Origin: Labilibaculum sp.
GTDB taxonomy: Bacteria; Bacteroidota; Bacteroidia; Bacteroidales; Marinifilaceae
Length of the DNA: 64,000 bases
NCBI GenBank assembly: GCA_016760525.1
Contig: JAESUW010000020.1
Location: 1,044 to 65,043 of the forward strand
Direction of reading: 5' to 3'
Part shown: piece by piece, positions 26,594 through 37,126 of the stretch
How positions within the stretch are numbered: position 1 is the first letter of the stretch
How the letters are laid out: every line of letters starts with the position of its first letter
Translations under genes and position numbers: made by a program
Notes under the pieces: model-generated
Seen by the model: the letters and a program-made list of their open reading frames with translations, nothing else
Databases searched by the model: none
Told to the model about the DNA's origin: nothing

Positions 26594-27466
26594 ATGAGTC
26601 GTTTAAAAGAGAAAAAACCTTTGCTTGAAAAATTAAAAAACAAATACAGGTTAACTATTTCCAACGAAGGTACTTTTGATGAAGTATTATCGATTCGATT
26701 ATCACGATTAAATGTATTTACAGTAACAGGGTTGTTTTCAATTGTCCTGATTGCTTTGGTAACTCTTTTGATTGCATTTACTCCCTTACGTGAATATATT
26801 CCTGGTTATCCTGATGGGGAAATGCGAGCAAATATTGAAAACAATGCTATCCTCGTTGATTCTCTAATTTTAGAGTTTGATAAAAGAGATCGCTTTTTTC
26901 AAGGAATTCGAAATGTTATTTCAGGAAATGATTTCGATAATGTTGTTGAGAACCCTGCTGATTCTATCGTTGATCCTAGATATAAAGATTTAAGTTTCAG
27001 TATTTCTTCCAATGATTCGGCTTTTCGAAAAGAGCATGAGGAGGATGAGAAATATAATTTGTCTCTTGGTAGCGAGACGAAAGCTCATGGTTTGGCGAGC
27101 ATGCACTTTTTTGCGCCAATTAATGGATTGATATCGAATCATTACGACAGTAAAATAGAACATTTTGGGACTGATATTGTTGGTGGTAAGAATGAAAGAA
27201 TCTCATCGATAACAGATGGGACTGTTATATTTTCAGAATGGACCTTGAATACAGGTTATGTTATTCAAATTCAACACTCAAATAATTTAATATCCATTTA
27301 TAAACACAATTCAGAGTTGTTGAAAAAGACGGGGGAACATGTGAAAGCTGGCGAAGCAATTGCTTTGTTGGGAAATTCAGGAGAGCTTACATCAGGGCCA
27401 CATTTACATTTTGAGTTGTGGCACAATGGTCAGGCATTAAATCCTGAGGATTATATCAAATTCTAA
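26594..27466 (+). CDS. M23 family metallopeptidase
   Basis: N-terminal TM helix; HFGTD, YKHN and GPHLHFE motifs; TACCTTTG promoter element at 26561. Confidence 0.9.
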   Translation: MSRLKEKKPLLEKLKNKYRLTISNEGTFDEVLSIRLSRLNVFTVTGLFSIVLIALVTLLIAFTPLREYIPGYPDGEMRANIENNAILVDSLILEFDKRDRFFQGIRNVISGNDFDNVVENPADSIVDPRYKDLSFSISSNDSAFRKEHEEDEKYNLSLGSETKAHGLASMHFFAPINGLISNHYDSKIEHFGTDIVGGKNERISSITDGTVIFSEWTLNTGYVIQIQHSNNLISIYKHNSELLKKTGEHVKAGEAIALLGNSGELTSGPHLHFELWHNGQALNPEDYIKF

Positions 27467-27490
27467 ATACAAATAAAACTCGAATTATTG

Positions 27491-28639
27491 ATGAGTAAAC
27501 ATATTGCCATTTTGGGATCTACTGGTTCCATCGGAACTCAGACCTTGGAAGTGGTGGAAGCAAATCCCGATGAATTTATTGTGGATGTACTTACTGCGAA
27601 TAACAATATTGATTTGTTGATTCAGCAGGCTAAAAAATTCCATCCTGATGTTGTTGTTATTGCTTGTGAAGATAAATATCTTCAACTTTCAGAAGCCTTG
27701 AAAGATGAACCCATTAAGGTTTATGCAGGGATTGATGCAATAGCACAAGTAGTACAAATGTCATCAATTGATATTGTAGTTACTGCCATGGTGGGATATT
27801 CCGGACTTCTTCCTACTATAAAAGCAATTGAGGCAAAAAAGAATATTGCTCTGGCAAATAAAGAAACTCTTGTTGTTGCTGGTGAAATTATTCAAAAATT
27901 AGCACTGGAGAATGGTGTTAATATCTATCCGGTTGATTCAGAACATTCAGCAATTTTTCAATGCTTGTCGGGAGAATTTGATAATTCAATCGAAAAGATA
28001 TATTTAACAGCTTCAGGCGGACCATTTCGGGGAAAGGATAAGAAATTTCTTGAAAATGTAACTTCTAAACAAGCTTTAAAGCATCCTAACTGGGATATGG
28101 GAGCGAAAATTACCATTGATTCTGCCAGTATGATGAACAAAGGATTTGAAGCGATTGAAGCTAAATGGCTGTTCGATTTAAAACCTTCGCAGGTTGGTGT
28201 GATTGTACACCCGCAATCAATTATTCACTCAATTGTGCAGTTTGAGGATGGATCGATGAAAGCACAAATGGGCTTGCCGGATATGAAGTTGCCTATTCAA
28301 TTTGCACTTACATATCCGAATAGATTAAAAACAGATTTTCCTCGTTTTAATTTTTTAGATTACCCAAATTTAAGTTTTGAACCCGCCGATTCGAAGAATT
28401 TTAAGAACTTGGACTTGGCTTTTCAGGCAATGGAGAAAGCTGGTAATTTGCCATGCATTGTAAACGCAGCTAATGAGATTGTAGTTGATGCTTTTTTAAA
28501 AGATGAGGTCGGTTTTTTAAGAATGAGTGATATTATTGAAAGCTGCATGGATAAAACAGGATTTATTAAAAATCCATCCTATGAAGATTATGTGTTGACA
28601 GACCAAGAGGCTAGGAAAATTGCATTATCAATGTTGTAA
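27491..28639 (+). CDS. dxr: 1-deoxy-D-xylulose 5-phosphate reductoisomerase
   Basis: LGSTGSIG, LANKETLV, PVDSEH, TASGGPF, HPNWDMG.KITIDSA and NAANE motifs. Confidence 0.97.
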   Translation: MSKHIAILGSTGSIGTQTLEVVEANPDEFIVDVLTANNNIDLLIQQAKKFHPDVVVIACEDKYLQLSEALKDEPIKVYAGIDAIAQVVQMSSIDIVVTAMVGYSGLLPTIKAIEAKKNIALANKETLVVAGEIIQKLALENGVNIYPVDSEHSAIFQCLSGEFDNSIEKIYLTASGGPFRGKDKKFLENVTSKQALKHPNWDMGAKITIDSASMMNKGFEAIEAKWLFDLKPSQVGVIVHPQSIIHSIVQFEDGSMKAQMGLPDMKLPIQFALTYPNRLKTDFPRFNFLDYPNLSFEPADSKNFKNLDLAFQAMEKAGNLPCIVNAANEIVVDAFLKDEVGFLRMSDIIESCMDKTGFIKNPSYEDYVLTDQEARKIALSML

Positions 28640-28716
28640 AAAATTCCTATCTTAGGCATCCGCTAAATTGCTGTTTTTTATACTGGCAAAGAGTTTAAAA
28701 TATTAATAAAAAATTG

Positions 28717-30069
28717 ATGGAAGTAATAGTTAAAATAGGACAGTTTTTATTGAGTTTGTCCATATTAGTTGTGTTGCATGAGTTGGGGCATTTTACCTTT
28801 GCAAAATTGTTCAAAACAAGAGTTGAGAAGTTTTACTTGTTCTTTAACCCTGGATTCTCTTTGTTTAAATTTACTAAAGGTGAAACTGAATATGGTATTG
28901 GATGGTTACCTCTTGGTGGTTACGTGAAAATATCAGGAATGATTGATGAATCGATGGATAAGGAGCAAATGAAATTGCCGCCTGAGCCTTATGAATTCAG
29001 ATCGAAGCCCGCATGGCAAAGATTATTGATTATGGTTGGTGGTGTTATGGTGAATTTCATTTTAGCATTCGTTATATATATAGCAGTTCTTTATACTTGG
29101 GGTGAGCAATATCTTCCAACCGAAAATGTAAAATACGGTGTGGTTTGTGATTCTTTGGCCGAGAGTATCGGTTTGCAGGATGGCGACAAGATCGTTTCTT
29201 TGGATCATGAGAAAATAGAAAGGTTTGGTGATATAGTACCGGATATTCTTTTGAATGGTCCTAAGTCGATTCAGTTCATTAGAAATAATGAGCAGCTAAG
29301 TGTTGACATTCCTTCTTCTTTTATACCAGACCTGCTGGAGAGAAGTAGTAAAGGATTTTCTTTAAGCCCTGTTTTTGGTGTGCGTTATCCTTACAATGCG
29401 GTGTCTATCGGGGAAGTAGTGAAAGAGTCTCCTGCAAGTGAAGCTGGTATTTTAAAAGGAGATAAAATTGTTTCTATTGATTCCGTTGGCTTTGAGTATT
29501 ACGATCAATTTCAAACTTTTTTACTTGCTAAGAAAAGTAAGGATGTATTGATTCAGTTGAATCGTGAAGGAAAACTACTCGAAGTTAAACTTACCATTGG
29601 AGAAGATGGAAAATTAGGATTCTACCCTCAGATGGAGGCTGGTTTGATAGAGTATGCTACTTTAAAATATACTTTTGTTGAATCTATTCCTGCAGGTTTT
29701 AATAAAGGAATCGATAAGCTGGGTTCTTATTTGAAACAATTTAAACTAATTTTTTCTTCTGAAACTAAAGCTTATAAATCGATAGGCGGTTTTATTACCA
29801 TTGGTAATATTTTTCCAGGTGTTTGGAATTGGCAGGCATTTTGGAATTTAACTGCATTCTTGTCAATTATTTTAGCAATCATGAATATTCTTCCAATTCC
29901 AGCTTTAGATGGCGGACATGTAATGTTTCTAATGTATGAGATTATTACAGGAAGAAAGCCTGGTGACAAATTTATGGAGTATGCACAGATTACAGGAATG
30001 GTTCTGTTGTTTGGTCTTCTTATATTTGCAAACGGTAATGATGTTGTGAAATGGATTTCCAACATGTAA
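28717..30069 (+). CDS. rseP: RIP metalloprotease RseP
   Basis: HELGH, LPLGGYVKI, PDZ domains and NILPIPALDGGH. Confidence 0.95.
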   Translation: MEVIVKIGQFLLSLSILVVLHELGHFTFAKLFKTRVEKFYLFFNPGFSLFKFTKGETEYGIGWLPLGGYVKISGMIDESMDKEQMKLPPEPYEFRSKPAWQRLLIMVGGVMVNFILAFVIYIAVLYTWGEQYLPTENVKYGVVCDSLAESIGLQDGDKIVSLDHEKIERFGDIVPDILLNGPKSIQFIRNNEQLSVDIPSSFIPDLLERSSKGFSLSPVFGVRYPYNAVSIGEVVKESPASEAGILKGDKIVSIDSVGFEYYDQFQTFLLAKKSKDVLIQLNREGKLLEVKLTIGEDGKLGFYPQMEAGLIEYATLKYTFVESIPAGFNKGIDKLGSYLKQFKLIFSSETKAYKSIGGFITIGNIFPGVWNWQAFWNLTAFLSIILAIMNILPIPALDGGHVMFLMYEIITGRKPGDKFMEYAQITGMVLLFGLLIFANGNDVVKWISNM

Positions 30070-30128
30070 ATTAGAAATTTCATATAAACTTAGTAACTTA
30101 GTATTCTAAATTAATAAAATAAAACGAT

Positions 30129-30329
30129 ATGAACCTTTTTGTTTTAGCCGGAATGATTGGACCCTGGCAAATTATTATTATTGTATTTGTAATTGTTCTT
30201 CTTTTTGGAGGAAAAAAAATTCCAGAACTTATGAAAGGATTGGGGCAGGGAATAAAAGAGTTTAAAAAGGCTACCGATCAAGAAGAGGATAAAGGAGATA
30301 AAAAGGAAAAAGAATCAAACGATAAGTAA
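30129..30329 (+). CDS. tatA: Twin-arginine translocase TatA/E
   Basis: TM helix followed by [23 protein letters not shown]. Confidence 0.93.
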   Translation: MNLFVLAGMIGPWQIIIIVFVIVLLFGGKKIPELMKGLGQGIKEFKKATDQEEDKGDKKEKESNDK

Positions 30330-30334
30330 TATTG

Positions 30335-30362
30335 AAGGTGGGATTATTTCCTGCCTTTTTTT
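30335..30362 (+). terminator. Terminator after tatA
   Basis: AAGGTGGGA / TCCTGCCTT stem (with G-U pairs) plus T-tract. Confidence 0.6.
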
Positions 30363-30543
30363 ATATAATTTCTTTTGATTGTACCGATCGAAACAATGGA
30401 CTGAAAACTAACTTTTTAGTTATTTAGATTCATTTTGAGGGAAACATTTAGAAATAAGTGTTTTTTTTATGTTATTTTGTTGATGAAAAATCTTCAATTC
30501 GTAATTTTTTACGAAATTTAAGAGCAATTAATTGCTGATTTTT

Positions 30544-31992
30544 ATGAGTAAATATTTACTTCTTTTTTTTCTTTATTTGGCGTTTGCTACTCAAGCAGAT
30601 GCTCAATCGCTTTTTAATATTTTAAATAAAGAAAAGCCTGAGAATATGAATGAAATCAATCAAAGGTTGATTCATTTTACGTCGGAGGTATTAAAAGAAG
30701 ATCTTCCGGAAAATATTGTTCTCGATGCCAATTATATTCCTGTTTTTTCTGATGAAGTCTATCAGGAAAGAATGGATAAACTCAATACACAAAGTCCGAT
30801 TCACTTGGATTTTAAGCCCATTGTTAGAAGATACATTGATGCTTATGCAATCAGGCATCGTGAAAAAACAGCTAAAATTATTGAGCGCTCCGAATTGTAT
30901 TTTCCATTGTTCGAAGAGTATTTAGATAAATATCAACTTCCGTTGGAATTAAAATATTTATCGGTTATTGAATCGGCTCTTGATCCAAAAGCAAGGTCAA
31001 GATCAGGTGCAACTGGCTTGTGGCAATTCATGTTTAACGCCAGTAAAATGTTCGATTTAAGAATTACTTCCTATATCGATGAAAGAATGGATCCTGAGAA
31101 ATCTACAGAAGCTGCATGTAAATATCTTCAGTATTTATATCGGATTTTTGGTGATTGGCAACTTGCATTGGCTGCGTATAATGGTGGCCCGGGTATTGTA
31201 CGAGAAGCCATTCAGCGATCAGGAGGGAAAACTGATTTCTGGGCAATATCGCCTTATCTTCCTGCACAAACCCGGAATTATGTACCTGCATTTATTGCAG
31301 TAAATTATGTGATGAATTATAGTTTAGAACATAATATTGTTCCCTTGAAAAATGAATATCCTTATTTTCGAATATCTCCTGTTACAATAAATAAACCAAT
31401 CTCCTTTCAGCATGTTGCCGAAGTATTGGAATTACCAGTGGATGCCGTTCGTGAATTAAATCCAATTTATAAATCCGATTTAATTCCTCTCTGTGAACTT
31501 CCAGCCAAATTAGTTCTTCCAATTGAGAAAGTTGGTCAGTTTATTGATTTAGAGGATATTATTTATGGAATGAAGGATAAGCCTAAGAAATATCTTGATC
31601 TGCAAAAGGATCTTTCAACCACTAAAGGAAAATACTGTATCACTCATAATGTTGAAGCAGGAGAGTATTTTCATAAAATTGCAATGAAGTACGCATGTAC
31701 AATTAATAATATTAAGGAATGGAATGGGATGGATAGTCCTGATATTTTTATTGGACAAAAACTGAAAATTTGGGTTTACCCTTCCGATACATTAGCTCAA
31801 AAACCACAAAGGGATCCTCTGTTGAAGAAAAGTAAGTTTATACTGTACGAAGTTCAGGCTGGCGACAGTTTAAGTTCTATTGCAGATCGATTTCAGCTTG
31901 AATCGACTACTAATTTAGTCGAATTAAATAGTATCAAACGTTCCAAAGAAATAGCACCAGGAATGGTATTAAAAATAGTTCGTTACGAATAG
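30544..31992 (+). CDS. mltD: Lytic transglycosylase MltD-like with two LysM domains
   Basis: SVIESAL, GATGLWQFM, LAAYNGGPG and TRNYVP motifs; LysM repeats. Confidence 0.9.
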   Translation: MSKYLLLFFLYLAFATQADAQSLFNILNKEKPENMNEINQRLIHFTSEVLKEDLPENIVLDANYIPVFSDEVYQERMDKLNTQSPIHLDFKPIVRRYIDAYAIRHREKTAKIIERSELYFPLFEEYLDKYQLPLELKYLSVIESALDPKARSRSGATGLWQFMFNASKMFDLRITSYIDERMDPEKSTEAACKYLQYLYRIFGDWQLALAAYNGGPGIVREAIQRSGGKTDFWAISPYLPAQTRNYVPAFIAVNYVMNYSLEHNIVPLKNEYPYFRISPVTINKPISFQHVAEVLELPVDAVRELNPIYKSDLIPLCELPAKLVLPIEKVGQFIDLEDIIYGMKDKPKKYLDLQKDLSTTKGKYCITHNVEAGEYFHKIAMKYACTINNIKEWNGMDSPDIFIGQKLKIWVYPSDTLAQKPQRDPLLKKSKFILYEVQAGDSLSSIADRFQLESTTNLVELNSIKRSKEIAPGMVLKIVRYE

Positions 31993-32020
31993 AAACATTT
32001 ATCTTGGTAAATTTAAAATT

Positions 32021-33016
32021 ATGAAGAGAATTATTCAAATAACTGTACTTTGTTTATTTGTAGTGGTGAGCATTTCCTCTTGCAAAAAAACAACACAAGG
32101 GTTAAGACCTGGAGTAACTGGTAAATCAGGAGAAGTGGTTGTGTTAATCAATGATGCTTTGTATAAAGGAAGTGTTGGAGATACTTTAAAATCAGTTTTG
32201 AATGATATTCAAATTGGCTTGCCTCAAGATGAGCCGTTGTTCGACATACTACAAATTACTCACAATGAGTTTTCAAGTATGTTTAAAACACACAGAAGTA
32301 TTTTAGACTTAAGGGTTTCATCAAAAGTTACTAAAAATAAAATCTCAGTAAAGAATGAAGTGTATGCGAAAACACAATCGTTTATGAAGATAGAGGCTAA
32401 AAGCAATCAGGAGATGATTAAGCTTTTGAGCGAAAATAAGAATAAGATTATTGCTTATTTTCATATCGGGGAACGAGAAAGAAAAATTAAGGTTTTTAAA
32501 AAGAACGTGGTTCAGGAGATATTTGAGAAATTAAAGAAGAAGAATAATTTCACCTTATCTTTTCCTTCCGGATACACAATAAATAAAGAAGAAGATAATT
32601 TCCTTTGGGTTAGTAAAGAAACTCCAAAAACGAGTCAGGGGATGTTTATTTATAGTTACGATTATCTTTCCGAAGATTCATTTACGAAAGATAGGGTAGT
32701 TGGTAAGAGAAATTTATTACTTCGAAAATTTGTGCCGGGTCCTAAAGAAGGAAGTTATATGGCTACAGAAATGAATTTCCCAATTTCTAACCGACAATTT
32801 GAATTTCAAAATAACTATGCTTCCGAGACCAGAGGTTTGTGGAAAGTTGAAGGTGATTTTATGGGCGGCCCTTTTCTTAATATCACTTTTCTCGATCAAA
32901 AGAATAATAAAGTTATTTGCATGGATTCGTATGTTTACAATCCAAATCAAGACAAGCGTGAATTATTGAGAGAATTGGAAGCGGTAATGTATTCTTATAC
33001 TAAAATAACGAAGTAA
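32021..33016 (+). CDS. DUF4837 family lipoprotein
   Basis: Lipobox ISSC; GLPQDEP.F and ETRGLWKVEGDFMGGPF motifs. Confidence 0.8.
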   Translation: MKRIIQITVLCLFVVVSISSCKKTTQGLRPGVTGKSGEVVVLINDALYKGSVGDTLKSVLNDIQIGLPQDEPLFDILQITHNEFSSMFKTHRSILDLRVSSKVTKNKISVKNEVYAKTQSFMKIEAKSNQEMIKLLSENKNKIIAYFHIGERERKIKVFKKNVVQEIFEKLKKKNNFTLSFPSGYTINKEEDNFLWVSKETPKTSQGMFIYSYDYLSEDSFTKDRVVGKRNLLLRKFVPGPKEGSYMATEMNFPISNRQFEFQNNYASETRGLWKVEGDFMGGPFLNITFLDQKNNKVICMDSYVYNPNQDKRELLRELEAVMYSYTKITK

Positions 33017-33021
33017 ACAAC

Positions 33022-33402
33022 GTGAATTTACCCGATTTTAAAAACGTAAGTATTGAATCTTATCGTAATCGCGAAGAAATTATACGACAGGTTGCCGCAC
33101 AAATTGAGAAAGATTTTGATCAGTTTGGCTTGGAAGTGCATTTTTCGGGAGAAATTCATAATGCCTACGAAGAACTGTTTACTCAGCTTAATGAACACCT
33201 GAATCATTTATTGGATCGAGATTACCATCGTTTGGTTTTGCTGTTGTATCAGATAGATGTAAGTGAGAAACAGATAATAAGAACAGAATTGAATTTTCCT
33301 GATGTTCCCAAATCAGAATTACTAACCGAGTTAATCATTCTAAGAGAACTTAAAAAAGTATTAATAAGAAATTATTTTAAGGAAAATCCGGATAAATTAT
33401 AA
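33022..33402 (+). CDS. Conserved hypothetical protein
   Basis: QIEKDF, LLYQIDVSE and ILRELKKV pattern; co-oriented with a 5-bp gap. Confidence 0.7.
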   Translation: MNLPDFKNVSIESYRNREEIIRQVAAQIEKDFDQFGLEVHFSGEIHNAYEELFTQLNEHLNHLLDRDYHRLVLLLYQIDVSEKQIIRTELNFPDVPKSELLTELIILRELKKVLIRNYFKENPDKL

Positions 33403-33405
33403 ATG

Positions 33406-33436
33406 AACCGCAGCTATTAGCTGCGGTTTTATTTTT
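33406..33436 (+). terminator. Rho-independent terminator
   Basis: AACCGCAGCT-ATT-AGCTGCGGTT plus T-rich tail. Confidence 0.85.
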
Positions 33437-33614
33437 CCCATTCGATGCATAATGCTTTACGCTAAGTTTTTTACTATTTTTACTTGACTATAAAAATTCA
33501 CAGGAAAAATCTATTCATTAGTATTTTGAGATTTTTGGTATACCGGATTGGCTATTCTGTTTGAGGAATGCGATTTAACCGGTTGAAATTATAGTGTTTT
33601 AACTAATATGAGGT

Positions 33615-35057
33615 ATGATGAAAATAGAGATTAAATGCTTTCAAAAGCCGGATAAGAATGAAAATATTATTTATTTGGCAACTACTGAGAATTATAAAAA
33701 TCTTCCTTTTTCCGATTTGGAAATGAAGTTTATCGAAGAACAAGTTGATGCCGACTCCACATTAATTGAAGTGAATCGTTACACGCACAAAGTTTATGTA
33801 CACGTGTCAGATAGTAAGGTGTATGTAAATTCTGATTTGGAAAAAATGAGGAAATTGGGATTCTCTGTGCATACAAAGATTCAGGAAAGTAAAATCTCTA
33901 AAATTATTCTACAAGATTACTTGAATGATTCGGAGGCAATATTAGCTTTTGTAGAAGGTGTTTCCTTAACCAATTATCAGTTTTTAAAATACTTTACGGA
34001 TACAAAAAAACAAAAGCATACTCTCGAAACTATAATCATTCACAGTGATGTAGTAAATAAAAAACAACTAAATGAACTGGAAGCAGTTGTTGACGGTGTG
34101 AAGTTTGCACGTGAACTTGTAAATGAACCTTTAAGCTACCTTACCGCAGAAAAATTGAGTGAAGAAATCCGGAAAATGGGAGATCAGGCCGGGTTTTCAG
34201 TAAATGTTTTTGGAAAAAGAAAGATTGAAAGCCTAAAAATGGGCGGTCTTTTAGCAGTAAATAAAGGTAGTATTGATGAACCAACCTTCTCCATTTTAGA
34301 ATGGAAATCGGAAGATGCTGTTAATGCACAACCAATTGTTTTTGTTGGGAAAGGTGTTGTTTATGATACAGGAGGACTTAGCCTGAAGCCAACGAAGGAT
34401 AGTATGGATTTAATGAAGTCTGATATGGGCGGAGCAGCATCCGTAGCAGGTGCAATTTATGCTATCGCAAAAGCAAAATTACCAATTCATGTTATTGGAT
34501 TGATTCCGGCAACAGATAATCGTCCAGGTGGAAATGCTTATGTTCCTGGTGATGTTGTTGAGATGTACAACGGAAAAACAGTAGAGGTTTTAAATACCGA
34601 TGCTGAAGGAAGAATGTTATTGGCCGATGCCCTAAGTTATGCCGATCAGTATAAGCCTGAATTTGTTGTTGACTTGGCAACATTAACAGGTGCCGCAGCT
34701 GTTGCAATTGGAAAATATGGAGTAGTTGCAATGGGGAATGACAAGAGTAAGGATAAGATGATTCAATTAAAAGAATCAGGTGAGAAAGTATACGAAAGGC
34801 TTGTTGAATTTCCTTTTTGGGAAGAGTTTGACGAGTTGATAAAATCTGACATTGCGGATTTAAAGAATATTGGCGGACGAGATGCTGGAGCAATTACGGC
34901 AGGGAAATTTCTTGAGCATTTTACCAATTATCCATGGATTCATCTGGATATCGCCGGACCGGCATATGTTGGTTCTATAGATAATTACAGAGGAAAAGGT
35001 GGTACAGGTGTTGGTGTTCGCTTGCTGTTTGAATTTATTAAACAATATAGATCGTAG
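33615..35057 (+). CDS. pepA: Leucyl aminopeptidase (M17)
   Basis: GKGVVYDTGG, MKSDMGGAA, NTDAEGR, ATLTGA and WIHLDIAG motifs. Confidence 0.93.
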   Translation: MMKIEIKCFQKPDKNENIIYLATTENYKNLPFSDLEMKFIEEQVDADSTLIEVNRYTHKVYVHVSDSKVYVNSDLEKMRKLGFSVHTKIQESKISKIILQDYLNDSEAILAFVEGVSLTNYQFLKYFTDTKKQKHTLETIIIHSDVVNKKQLNELEAVVDGVKFARELVNEPLSYLTAEKLSEEIRKMGDQAGFSVNVFGKRKIESLKMGGLLAVNKGSIDEPTFSILEWKSEDAVNAQPIVFVGKGVVYDTGGLSLKPTKDSMDLMKSDMGGAASVAGAIYAIAKAKLPIHVIGLIPATDNRPGGNAYVPGDVVEMYNGKTVEVLNTDAEGRMLLADALSYADQYKPEFVVDLATLTGAAAVAIGKYGVVAMGNDKSKDKMIQLKESGEKVYERLVEFPFWEEFDELIKSDIADLKNIGGRDAGAITAGKFLEHFTNYPWIHLDIAGPAYVGSIDNYRGKGGTGVGVRLLFEFIKQYRS

Positions 35058-35301
35058 GAATAATAGAAAATATGATGCTCTTTTATTGAATCTTTCTATT
35101 TTTGTAATGATTTTTTATAATTGAGGCATAATGTCTTGCAAATGTATTTCTTAATCACTCTGTGAATCGTTTTATTTGATAAGGAGAGTTTAAGAAATAA
35201 TTATATAACTGTTCATTTTCTAGTTTCCCCTATTGGCAACCGTTGCTGAAAATAGGACTTTCGAAAGTGATATCAGTCCACTCATATAAAATAAATAACA
35301 G

Positions 35302-36357
35302 ATGAAAAACACTAAGATAAGAGTTGGAATCACTCATGGCGATATTAATGGAATAGGCTACGAGGTTATTATTAAAACCTTACTGGATGATCGGATGTAT
35401 GAACTTTGTACACCAATAATTTATGGTTCTCCGAAAGTAGCAGCTTATCACCGTAAAGCGCTTAATATAGAGCATTTTAGTCTGAATAATATTAAGGAGG
35501 CTCAGGAAGCACATCCTAATAGAACTAACATTATTAATTGTGTTGATGAAAATATAAAAGTTGAGTTAGGTAAATCAACCAGAGGAGCTGGAGAGTCTTC
35601 ATTTAATGCTTTAGAAGCTGCTGTTGCAGATTTAGAAAAAGGATTAATTGATGTTTTAGTTACTGCACCAATAAATAAAAAGAATATTCAGTCGAAAGAT
35701 TTTGAATTTCCCGGACATACGGAATATTTGGAAAGCAAATTGAATTCCGGCAAGTCCTTAATGCTTTTAATTAGTGATAAGCTGAGAGTTGGTGTTGTTG
35801 CAGGTCATGTACCTATTTCTAAAGTGCCCGAGATAGTTTCAAAGGAAAATATTATCAGTAAATTGAATATCTTAAATACTTCTTTGCAGAAGGATTTTGG
35901 AATTAGAAAACCACGAATTGCAGTATTAAGTCTTAATCCGCATGCTGGTGATGAAGGATTAATTGGTACGGAGGAGATCGATGTGATAATTCCTGCTTTA
36001 GAAGAAGTTCGTGAGAAAGGAATAATAGCTCTAGGGCCTTATCCTGCTGATGGTTTTTTCGGTTCTTCGGATTATACAAAGTTTGATGCTATTCTTGCAA
36101 TGTATCACGATCAGGGCTTGGCGCCTTTTAAAGCTTTGGCTTTCGATTCAGGAGTAAACTTTACCGCCGGCTTGTCTAAAGTACGTACATCACCTGCTCA
36201 TGGAACAGCTTATTCTATTGCAGGAACAAATGTTGCTTCAGAGAAATCCTTTCAGCAAGCATTATATATGGCGATAGATGTTTTTAGAAAAAGAGAAAAT
36301 TTCGAGGAGATTAGTAAGAATCCTATGAAAACGTCAGATATGTCAAAGAATTCGTAA
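35302..36357 (+). CDS. pdxA: 4-hydroxythreonine-4-phosphate dehydrogenase
   Basis: GDINGIG.E, TAPINK, GHTE, LNPHAG, AMYHDQG and RTSPAHGTA motifs. Confidence 0.94.
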   Translation: MKNTKIRVGITHGDINGIGYEVIIKTLLDDRMYELCTPIIYGSPKVAAYHRKALNIEHFSLNNIKEAQEAHPNRTNIINCVDENIKVELGKSTRGAGESSFNALEAAVADLEKGLIDVLVTAPINKKNIQSKDFEFPGHTEYLESKLNSGKSLMLLISDKLRVGVVAGHVPISKVPEIVSKENIISKLNILNTSLQKDFGIRKPRIAVLSLNPHAGDEGLIGTEEIDVIIPALEEVREKGIIALGPYPADGFFGSSDYTKFDAILAMYHDQGLAPFKALAFDSGVNFTAGLSKVRTSPAHGTAYSIAGTNVASEKSFQQALYMAIDVFRKRENFEEISKNPMKTSDMSKNS

Positions 36358-36379
36358 ACAATTCTTAACAAAATATTTA

Positions 36380-36416
36380 AAAGAGCGGTTAAATTTCAAT
36401 CGCTCTTTCTTTTTTT
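36380..36416 (+). terminator. Terminator after pdxA
   Basis: AAAGAGCGGTT / AATCGCTCTTT plus T-tract. Confidence 0.7.
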
Positions 36417-36499
36417 GTTAAAAGCCAGGTATTGATTATAAAATTTGCATATTTTTACATATTTTAAGGATCTAAACAGGAAAAATCAATTTATAATTT

Positions 36500-37081
36500 A
36501 TGTTTGAGTATATAAAAGGAGTGATAGATGATCTTACGCCTACCTCAGTAGTTGTCGAAACTGCCGGAATCGGGTATTTTTTAAATATTTCATTGAATAC
36601 ATATTCGAAATTATCCGGACATAAGGAAGCGCAATTGTATTTACATCAGGTTGTTCGTGATGATGCGCATTTGTTCTTTGGTTTTTATGATGCCAATGAA
36701 AGAGGAATTTTTCGTTATTTGATCTCTGTGTCAGGAGTTGGTGCTAATACCGCTCGAATGATGCTTTCATCTTTAACACCATCAGAGATACAAACGGCCA
36801 TTATTTCCAGCGATGTGAAGACGCTGCAGGGAGTAAAAGGAATAGGAGCTAAATCGGCTCAACGAATTATTATTGAATTAAAAGATAAACTTGGAAAAGA
36901 TACTGACATAACTAATTTTTCTTTACCACAGAACAATACTACTAAAGAAGAAGCGTTATCTGCTTTAGTGATGTTGGGTTTTACAAAAAATTCAGTGAGC
37001 AAAGTTATCGATAAAATATTTACAGCAAATCTTGATGCAAGTGTAGAGGATTTAATTAAGCTGGCCTTGAAACAATTATAA
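36500..37081 (+). CDS. ruvA: Holliday junction branch migration protein RuvA
   Basis: LISVSGVG, VKGIGAKSAQRI and EALSALVMLGF motifs. Confidence 0.96.
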   Translation: MFEYIKGVIDDLTPTSVVVETAGIGYFLNISLNTYSKLSGHKEAQLYLHQVVRDDAHLFFGFYDANERGIFRYLISVSGVGANTARMMLSSLTPSEIQTAIISSDVKTLQGVKGIGAKSAQRIIIELKDKLGKDTDITNFSLPQNNTTKEEALSALVMLGFTKNSVSKVIDKIFTANLDASVEDLIKLALKQL

Positions 37082-37126
37082 TTAAAGAACGTAATTGCTT
37101 TACTAATCTAAGGTAATCATCAACCA

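Noticed and set aside
30129-30329. tatA without adjacent tatC
   Set aside because: Dispersed tat genes are common in Bacteroidota.
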